DNA of 64,000 bases from the human T2T-CHM13v2.0 reference genome, Homo sapiens. A program made the translations under genes and the position numbers. The notes under the pieces were generated by a model, which was not told where the DNA came from, did no database searches, and saw only the letters and a list, made by a program, of their open reading frames with translations. The stretch lies in NCBI RefSeq assembly GCF_009914755.1, contig NC_060925.1. One strand, written 5' to 3'. Position 1 is the first letter of the stretch; the number at the start of each line of letters is the position of its first letter. This document shows positions 54,511 through 64,000 of this stretch, piece by piece.

Positions 54511-56034
54511 CCCATTGCCTCTAACTAGAGGCAATCATTTTAAAGAGAGGGAGAACCCATCTCATTCTTCTCTGTGCTCCCAGAGCTCAGCAGAGTTTCT
54601 GCACACCAAGAGCATTCATTAACTGACACTGAATTTCCTGCTCTGCTTAAAGAATGCTGCTCCCAAAGGAAATGCAAATACACAAGCTCCTATATCAGCT
54701 CACCAAAGAGGGAGCCAACAAGTGAAAGGAGTGGATGAAAAGTATCCCATAAAGGGACACAATGTGGTTTACGGGCCAGGCAGTGGATGAAAAGAGAGTA
54801 TCAGTAAGTGCAGGTGTATAGATGACCAAAGGACATTTTCCAGTGGACTGGGCTTGAAATTCATTTTCCAAAACTCAGCTTCTTTTGTTTTTTCAAGACA
54901 GGGTTAAGTAGAAAGAGACAGTTTATATTTTGTCCCATGTAAAGAAGGTATTTATGTGAAATATGACAGCTCAGTGTGCAAGAATGCAAACCACAGCTTG
55001 TGAGATAATGTGGCTATGAGGCAATGATCTGAAATCTGGAAGAAAATCGATCTTAAATCTTTATATTGATCCAAATATTTGAAAGTGGTAGGAAGGAATA
55101 TGCTTGCTAAAGAGGGGATGAATATGGATGGCTTGTTCCAGTTTCTTTAGGCCTTACAAAAGCAAATTTTACACCAAACCTCACTCTGTATACTTACTTT
55201 ACATAAGATCAAACTTAAGGGAGACGAGATCAATATTGAAGCTCTGTCTGAGATTCCATCTCTTTAATACCTTTCTCATTTCCTTTAGTAGTAGAAAGAG
55301 AGCTAATCTCTGTCTTTCAAATAGTTGTTTTGCATTTTTTGATCATGGGGAATTAAATTGAATTAGATGGGTCTGGAGTGGTTATTAGAACCATTACATT
55401 TGGCATAATAGATACATCTAGAGAAAACATTTACATAAGGAAATCAAAGCTGGTCTCATTTTTTATCCAGTGCTCTGACCTCTTTGGAGTTCTGACAAGC
55501 AGGATTTATCTGAATATTTCTTAAGATGGTATGTATAACAGTAAAATGCACCCCCTAACACACCTACCTAAACCAGCATTTCCTTCTGAAAAAAGAAAAA
55601 AACTGCTTAAAAAAGGAGGTATTTTCATATACTTACAGACATATTTTCCATTTGGATCCTTATTTGAATTTTACTCTCATTTAGAATATAATTCTGAAAT
55701 CTCCATCATTAATGCTAAGCCTGGCAATATTCCATAAAAAAAAACCCACCAATAAAACACAAAAGCTAGATGTGAAGAGGATTATGATGTCATATTAAAA
55801 GAAGGGAAGGGAGAATTAAAATAAAAGATCTATCTGAAATGATCAGAAATGAAATTCTCTTTGGGATAAAATGGTCTCTTCCAGAAATGCAGCCATTTAA
55901 AATAAGATTATAGTGATATTTTATAAGAACTAAAGCAGAATACAAACTATCTTTCCCTGAATTAACTCACAGTTATATACAATGAACAGTAGATACAAAT
56001 AAGGCATTTTTAGGCTTCTCCATTTTGCTTGGCA

Positions 56035-56212
56035 ATTTCTCAACACAAGCTCCTGCATTAATAAAATCAGGGGTCTGGGTAAATGATGCAAACTTTAGGG
56101 CCCTATCACATCAAAATCAGATTGTCCTGGGTATGGGGTGGGAAGATTCTGCATTTTAAAAAGGACCCCAGGTAATTCTAAAACCCACTGGTGTTTGAGA
56201 CTCCAGTTTAGA
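56035..56212. mobile_element. MER5-family hAT MITE
   Basis: ctgcattttaaaaaggaccccaggtaattctaa...gtttgagactccagtttagag. Confidence 0.65.
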
Positions 56213-56446
56213 GCATCTCTGGGAAGCATAGGGGGACCAGCACAGAATTCAAAGCATACTTCATATCCAGCAACTCTAATAGTCCAGAGTTTGAGCCCTG
56301 CCTATCTGTTACTACTAGAGTGACCTTAAACAAGTCACTTAATCTCTCTAAGCCTCAGTTTTCTCATTTGTAAACTGGGATAATTTGCTTCACAGGTTGG
56401 CTTGAGTATTAAGGAAGTGATGATCCTCTATTAAAGCCCTATAAGA

Positions 56447-56767
56447 AGCTGGGCACCATGGCTTATGGCTGTAATTCCAGCACTTTGAGAGGCCAAGACA
56501 GGAGGATAGCTTAAGGCCAGGAGTTCGAGGTCAGCCTGCGCAGCAGAGAGAGACCCTTCTCTACAAAAAAAAAAAATAATAATAATAATAATAATAATAA
56601 TAGTTGGGTTTGGTGGCACATGCCTGTAGTCCTAGCTACTCAGGAGGTTGAGGTGGGGGTATCATTGAGCCTAGGAGTTTGAGACTACAGTGAGCTATGA
56701 TCATGTTACTGCACTCCAGAATGAGACCCTGTCTCAAAAAAAAAACAAGAACAAAAACAAAAAAAAA
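56447..56767 (+). mobile_element. AluJ with (AAT)n in the central linker, inserted in a MIR (about 56280-56445)
   Basis: J-type dimer; aataataataat... at 56576-56601. Confidence 0.93.
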
Positions 56768-57285
56768 CACCTTACCTGATACAACTTATTTCTTATTACC
56801 AGTATTGTTACTATTTGGCCACAAGTGTGATAACAAAAGAGAGCCTTGTCTACCTGGCAACACTGCCACTGTCAAGAGAAGGAATATAGAGATGACAAAT
56901 TAAGTAGACCAGAACATAACTGGGCAGTGAAATTCCGTGTGATCATCAAATACATTTTGAGAGTAAATATAAACAATTGGTTGGCACAGAGCTAAGATGA
57001 AAAAAAAATATTGATGGGAATGATAAGGTAGAATTCAGTTGGGACAAAGCCTTCCTGAAGTGCAAATGATCAGATCAGGATGGCTGTTGGGAAGTGTGTG
57101 GTTCTGTTTCTCAGAGACATCTGGATGATAAAGAGTGGTGAGACCTCCGACAGTCTTTGTAGAAGCCCCAGGGACAAAAATGAGAGAGGAAAAAGGAAGT
57201 TTCCAAATACTTGTGTCTGCGATGAAGAAGCATGGCTGGATGGAGGAAAGAAAGGTTGAAATGGCATTTAGAAATTAGAGCAAAG

Positions 57286-57519
57286 GGCCAGTCCCCATGG
57301 CACAAGCCTGTAATCCCAGCACTTTAGGAGGCCCAGGTGGGAGAATCACTTGAGGCCAGGAGTTTAAGACTAGCCTAAGCAACAGAGTGAGAGCCAGTCT
57401 CTACAAAGATCACTTGAGCCCAGGAGTTCGAGATGACAGTGAGCTATGATAGCACCACTGCATTCCAGCTTCAGTGACAGAGTGTGACCCTGTCCCCAAA
57501 AAGGAAAAAAGAACAGAAA
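57286..57519 (+). mobile_element. AluJ with internal deletion
   Basis: Left monomer joins directly to gatcacttgagcccaggag of right monomer; TSD agaaattagagcaaag / agaaattgcagcagag. Confidence 0.9.
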
Positions 57520-57628
57520 AGAAATTGCAGCAGAGGAACAATAAGGAATCCTGAGACTAAAGTTGATTTCCAACTCTGAAACAAATGATCAGAACTCCAA
57601 AATTGATACAATTTTAAAATATTTCCCT

Positions 57629-57921
57629 GACCAGGTGCAGTGACTCATGCCTGTAGTCTCAGCACTTTGGAAGTCTGAGGCGGGCAGATCACTTGAGGCC
57701 AGGAGTTCAAGACTAGCCTGGCCAACATGCTGAAACCCCGTCTCCACTAAAAATACAAAAATTAGCCAAGAGTAGTGGTGCATGCCTAAAATACCAGCTA
57801 CTCAGGGGGCTGAGGTGGGAGAATCTCTTGAACCTGGGAGGCAGAGGTTACAAGTGAGCTGAGATCATGCCACTGCACTCCAGCCTGGGCTACAGAGTGA
57901 GACTCCATCTCAAATACATAT
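57629..57921 (+). mobile_element. AluS (old) with almost no A tail
   Basis: Full dimer; TSD core ATATTTCCCT on both sides. Confidence 0.95.
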
Positions 57922-58686
57922 ATATTTCCCTGATCACAAATGATGCAAGTTTGGTGACTGAAAGCCACAGCCCTGCCCTCCTTGTAGGTTCCTTGTATGT
58001 GTGGTTGGGGATGTGGAGGGGAGGAGGGTGCTATGCTTCTCCTGGAATAAGATCTGGAAACTCTAGGGACAAAAGTAGCTGCATGTCAAAGGGCTCTGGC
58101 TTCCTTTGTGTCATGTGCTTGGAGTTTAGATATAAAGCTCTGAGGATCCCTCCTTTTGGAGTCTGTATAAACTGATGTTCTTCCTGGAAGCCCTATGCTG
58201 TGCCTGGCTTTTACTCATTCTGTTCCCTTAACAGGAATGTTCATCCTCTGCCTCTGACCTGGGAAGTCTCAGTCATCCCCGAGGACCAATTCCAAATGTC
58301 AATTCATTCACCACCATTGCCCTTGTCATTGCATCCACTCCTCCTCTCTCTCTGACTTGTGTTAATGGTAGGTAACTGTGTATGAATCTAGGCTGGGGGT
58401 TTGTCTTTGAGGTCAAGGACTATTTCTGATTCACTGTGTGTCTCCCTAAATCCTTCTTCCACCCAGCAAAGATGCTCAAAATATATATACAAATGATAGC
58501 CCTTTGTCCTGTACCTTTTCTGAGCTTTGGAATGTCTCTCTGTACTGATAGAGCATCATGCAACAGACCCAGCAGAGGAGGAAATAGCTGTGAGATTATC
58601 TGCCCATTATAGCAGGATTCAAAGAAAGCTGCTTTCATGCCAGGAAGCCAGGGGATCGTAGTAAACGGCTGTCTTTAACCAAAGAC

Positions 58687-58723
58687 AGGGATCTTCCACT
58701 ATTAGGAGGGATCTTCCACTATT
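58687..58723. repeat. 20-bp-period tandem duplication
   Basis: AGGGATCTTCCACTATT at 58687-58703 and 58707-58723. Confidence 0.9.
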
Positions 58724-59489
58724 GAAAGTTGAGACCCTGGGACCCCTGTCTCATCTATCTCTGCCATCAGACCTGCCGCTTCTCACATAGTTGCATATGG
58801 ACAAGATGCCTCATTTTGGTGTGCACTGGGAGATCTGGCCTATCCATGAAACTCTCTCCATTGGTTGCCTGTTGAAAGGGCTCCCTACCAATTTGGTCAT
58901 AACACAGACCAAATTGAGGAGGTTAAAAGAGATCAAGTGTCTGAACATGGCTTCTTTGGACTCTAGGAGGAGTTGATCAAGTGTCACTCCAGTGCATATA
59001 CTGTTTTTATGCACAGTATGGATTTGAACATCCTGGTGAGTGAGTCCATGTTAACAGTATGTTCTCAAGCAGGAATATGCAGCTCTAGCTTCTGTTTTTA
59101 GAAAGCTCAGAGATTTTTTGCACTGGAAGAGAATTAGACATCCAACATCCTCATTTCAAAAGGAAACTGAAGTCAGAGAGGAGAAGGGACTTCCCAATGG
59201 TACATAACCTGCTATTGGCAAAGGTGGGACCAGAGCCCTTAAGTTTTTCAACTTCTCCAGCAAATTCCTCATATCTAAGAGCAACGCTTCAGTTTTCCTT
59301 AATAAAGTGCCCCAGATCCTCACATTCATCCCTTTCAGAGTGCAACTTCCTACTTGGTTTACAAATGAGTCAAGAAAAGAAAATCTCCTCTTTAGCAATG
59401 TAGTGTGGGACCAGCTCACTTGAGTATGCAAAACTTGTCCTTGAGAGCTGCTAGCTCTTTACTATTTTTTCTGGGTGCAACAGTGTGCA

Positions 59490-59830
59490 TGTCACCCCAC
59501 CCTTACTGCCTGGCTGTCTTCACACATCACCTTCTCTGAGAGTGCTTCTCTAATATCCCCACCCAAAGAGCTCCCCACATATGCAAATCCATTGATTATC
59601 ATGTCTCTTTGCTTTTTCAGTCTCCATGAAAATTATTGAGACCTAAGATGTAAGACCTATTTCTGATTATTTTGTTTATTGGTTGTCTTCTCCCACCAGA
59701 ATGTAAGCCACATGAGGTTAGGAGCCTCTCTGTCTTATTCTCTGTAGTATCTCTGGCTCCTAGAGTACTGCCTGGTACAGGGTTGCTACTTCATTATTTC
59801 TTACTGTATATGAGAATGAATGAGTGAATT
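59490..59830 (+). mobile_element. L2a-type 3' end
   Basis: catcaccttctctgagag...ttgtcttctcccaccagaatgtaagccacatgagg...tgcctggtacag...gaatgaatgagtgaat. Confidence 0.8.
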
Positions 59831-60369
59831 GAAAAGCAATTGAACTCTGGTTGTGCCTTACAGGTATAGCAGAAGTTGTCTGCACAGAGAGGAAGGAAGG
59901 AGACGATCTTTGATATGAATTCTGTTGGCCAATGAGGCCTAGAATGTTAACAATTAATGGCCACATTTTCCTAGTTAACTACAAAGCAAGAGTGAAAAGG
60001 AGATAATGTTGGACTAACTATTTGACTACATTGTCTGATTTATCCAAAAGGTGGTATGGAATTTTGATCCAGTAGTGGTACATCATCTTTGATAATACAC
60101 ACGTACACATAAGGGAGTGTACACACCCATATACACTCACTCACACTCTGCTATTGCCTACTACCTATTAGATACTCCCAACAAAAGCTCTTAAACTAAA
60201 AATGACATGGTGTTGTTAAGTTTCTCAGGGAAATCCACCTATCTATGGAACTCAAGAGAGCAGAGGGCTGGTCTCTGGAGAAAAATAAAACAGGGTCAAA
60301 AACCAATTTTATTTGTTATTTTTCACTGGAAATACATGGTTAATCCAAGAACTAGCAAAGAGGTGTTGA

Positions 60370-60708
<339 letters not shown>

Positions 60709-61710
60709 TCATTTGTTTTTTCATACAGATATATCTCATCTGCATTAGAGGTAGATCCAAGATTAAGATGTGAACATGTTCCAGCTTTAATTTCAGTTGT
60801 TTTTCTTTTTTAAATAAAGAAAAGCCAGCAATACAATTTGTTTCTCATTGAGCACTATACACATTCAGCTATGACTGAGAATTTAGAAGATACAAATTCA
60901 AACTCCAGTTTAATTTCCTTTTTCCTGTTTGACTCCAAGCTCAGTAGGTGATCTTATAAGTTGACAGGGGTAACATTGCACCTATTAGCACTTGTCAACC
61001 AAAAGTAGATTGTTCGGGTTTCAATAAATGTTTTTTTGAATTGGATTTAGGTTGGTGAGAAAATATATTAAGTCAGAATTCTTTGAGGCAAATTACATAT
61101 TGAAATGAACAGTTTGGTGTTCATCCTGTCTACCATCCCCCTCAAAAACAAAGAGACAGACAGAAAGAAAAAAAAAGCAGAAGTTTTGCTTTTCTAAGCT
61201 ACGAGAATTTCTTCTGCTGCTACATCTGTGAACGCTTTACAAGGCAATGTCTACAGTTTGAGTTTTACAGCCCATTTTGATTGCAGTTTACATGACATCT
61301 GGGGCTCTATTTTTGGAGAAATTTCAAAGCTAGTGACTTCCAGTTTTTAATCAGCAGTGTATTTATTTTCTACCCTAGCATAATTGTTCATGGCTCCACA
61401 TTGATTTTTTTATAGGAGACAATGCAAAATGATAATCAGAGTGAATTAGTAATTTGATCTTGTATCTGTCAAGGCTTGATGGCTTTTACCTGCTCTAGAG
61501 GCTAGAAGGCAATGTGCTGACCTCATTGTGTTGAAAAAAATTGAACACATCGTGGTTGTCAAGGACAAGACATTCTCAGTCATAAGAACAAAGAGAGCAA
61601 GAAAGGCTAATGAGGGAAGAGGCCATACAACCCTGAAAAGTACACAGCCTCCTGCCCCTCTGCTCAGAATCTGGGGTCATGTTTGCAGCCACAGGTGCCA
61701 CATGCAGAAG

Positions 61711-62271
61711 TGTCAGAGGTGTGAAAACCAGAGCAACTCCATCTTGAATAGGAGCTGGGTAAAATAAGGCTGAAACTTGCTGGGCTGCATTCCCAGACAG
61801 GTTAAGGCATTCTAAGTCACAGGATGAGATAGGAGGTTGGCACAAGGTACAGGCCATCAAGACCTTGCTGATAAAACAGGTTGCAGGTTGCAGTAAAGGA
61901 GCCAGCCAAAAACCACCAAAACCAAGATGGCCGTGAGAGTGACCTCTGGTCATGCTCACTGCTGCACTGCCACCAGCGCCATGACAGTTTACAAATGCCA
62001 TAGCAATGTCAAGAAGTTACCCTGTATGGTCTAAAAAGGGGAGGGATTAATAATCCACCCCTTGTTTAGCATATCATCAAGAAATAACCATAAAAATGGG
62101 CAACCAATAGCCCTCAGGGCTGCTCTGTTTACAGAGTAGCCATTCTTTATCCCTTTACTTTCTTAATAAACTTACTTTCACTTTGCACCACGGACTTGCC
62201 CTAAATTCTTTCTTGCGCGAAACCCAAGAACCCTCTCTTGGGGTCTGGATAGGGACTCCTTTCCAGTAGCG
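61711..62271 (+). mobile_element. MER41A ERV1 solo LTR
   Basis: tgtcagaggtgtgaaaaccagagcaactccatcttgaatagg...aataaac...ccaagaaccctctcttggggtctggat; about 560 bp; lacks the tandem GAS insert of MER41B. Confidence 0.93.
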
Positions 62272-63811
62272 CATTTAACAGAAGGACAGGCTGTGCAGAC
62301 ATTATTTTCGCTCCTTTCTACTGAGAAGGGAAAACACCACAATTGAGCAGCCTGCTCCTCTATAAGTGAATGAATAAGCACTTGCTTTTCATTGTGGGTG
62401 AGTCAAATGGCCTGGCATATATGCAAGTAAGAACTAGAGCAGAGGCTGCTCACCTGCAAACTCACATCAGGGCTTCTGCCCGGAATTACGGTATTTTTTG
62501 TTTGTGTGTGTGTTGTTGTCATTGGCTTCTTTTCATAGGGGTTTGGATGAAGCTATTTAAACACATGAGACAGCAGCCACTAGGACTGTATCTAAGAAGG
62601 TAAGTGGTTTGCCCAGGGTTACATGGCTAGTGGAAGAGCTAGTCTTTACAAGAATCTTTTACATAAACCAAACCAGGTGAGGTAGGATCAATAAGAGGGT
62701 GAAGTGAGGAACCGACATTTTTAAGAGCTCCATGAAATGAAGGAGCTTGGAGAGAAAATTGATAGATGGTACTTTCAGTAGCCCAGCCTCCTCCTGTAAT
62801 TTCTGGCTTCACCTTTCTCTAAGCCCTCCTTTGCTCTGAGTTCTGTCTGGGCAAGTCCCAAGCTCCTGGAATGCATCTTTGCCTTCCTTATCTGGAAGCT
62901 AATCACTAAATAGCAGGTGGCGGAGATTCTGGTTTTCATCCCTCTTTCTCTCTCCCTTTCTCTCTTTTACTCACTTCCTCAGGGCTATGAATTTCTGAAT
63001 CTTAAACAGGAAACCTCCCTGATTTGTTCACACCTGGAATGCCATTCTATCTTTGTTTGAAGAGTGCAGAAATTAGAGCGCGGGAGAATCAAGAGAAGGA
63101 GCTGTTGTGTGAAGAGGGAAGAGAGAGGTCAGCATTTAAATGTGAACACACACACTGAGAGGCACATATACATGCACACAGTTTAATCTAAGCTAAGCAT
63201 TCTTTCTTTCAACTCCTGCATTTCCCTCCTCATCTCCACTGCCAGCAAATGTCTTACAAGACAAAGAGTATTTACTGTGTGTCACTTCAGTTATCAACAC
63301 TCTGCACAAATAGGTTGACAGAGGAAACAGGCAAAGTACCTTTGCAGGCCCATTTGGGGTTGAAATAGCAACTAGACTGCCTAGAGGCTGCCAGATATTA
63401 GCTTACTTATTGCTCCTGCAAATGTTAGAAGCTGGCTCTTGAGAGAACCTGTCATCAACATCCCTGTCCCCGTGGGTGTCAGGAAGGTTCGGCCTTCTTT
63501 AAGGTAGGCACTGTGTCCTCATGGACTGTTCATTTTGGGAAGAACCTTGGGAGATCACCTGGTTCAAGCTCCTGGCTTTAGTCATTGTTTGTCTCTAAAT
63601 CCAGAGACCAATGTTTGTGATCTACTGACTCGTAAGCTCCCTATGAGGAAAATGGAACAAAATATTGGGCACAAAGACATAAATCTAAATGCATGGTTTC
63701 TAATCTGTGGACCCTGAGATCCCACAGGAGCACCATATTTGCATGAATCAGTGCTTATAGGTTGACCAAATAGCATGATTCACACACATATATTATAATA
63801 CTTCTAATGGT

Positions 63812-63950
63812 TTTATTCATTCATTCTACAAATACAGTACTGCTTTGTGCCAGAAACTGTGGTAGGTGCTGAGCATATAATAGACAGGGAATAAGTCAAA
63901 CTGACTCTGCCTTCATGGAGCTTCCTGTCCAGTGGTAAAAACAGGCAGAG
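63812..63950 (-). mobile_element. L2 3' end
   Basis: ttattcattcattctacaaata...tgtgccagaaactgtggtaggtgctg...ctgccttcatggagcttcctgtccagtgg. Confidence 0.85.
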
Positions 63951-64000
63951 AGAGCTGCAGAAACACAGAGTGAAAGCAATAACTCAGATTTGGAATATTA

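Noticed and set aside
61047-61057. TTAGGTTGGTG, identical to the start of the Hsmar1/MADE1 TIR
   Set aside because: Only 11 bp match, with no second arm

Overview
Primate (most likely human or other ape) non-coding genomic DNA, either intergenic or deep intronic. I find no protein-coding gene, tRNA, rRNA, snRNA or CRISPR array. The only ORFs with real protein homology are transposon-derived: an L1PA3 ORF2 C-terminus (922-1782), an inverted L1PA7-like RT fragment (36260-36753) and a decayed BLACKJACK-type hAT transposase (about 14250-16800). Roughly half the window is recognisable repeat: 12 Alus, young and old L1s, many MIR/L2 relics, MaLR/ERVL/ERV1 solo LTRs (MLT1, MLT2, MER39, MER41A) and DNA-transposon MITEs (MADE1, MER30B/MER107-type, MER45A, MER63A, MER94, MER5, MER103). 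Repeat-poor islands lie between them and look like cis-regulatory DNA: paired RFX X-boxes with a TATA box, a homeodomain-motif-dense block, a perfect DR0, a Z-DNA tract next to a CTCF motif, and an AP-1/TEAD cluster with a G-quadruplex. The structurally most unusual items are a twin-primed L1 missing about 1.7 kb at its inversion point and the nested hAT transposase fossil. I do not see evidence for a previously undescribed biological system. Subfamily names come from my recall of consensus sequences, not from a database search, and boundaries of old repeats are approximate.
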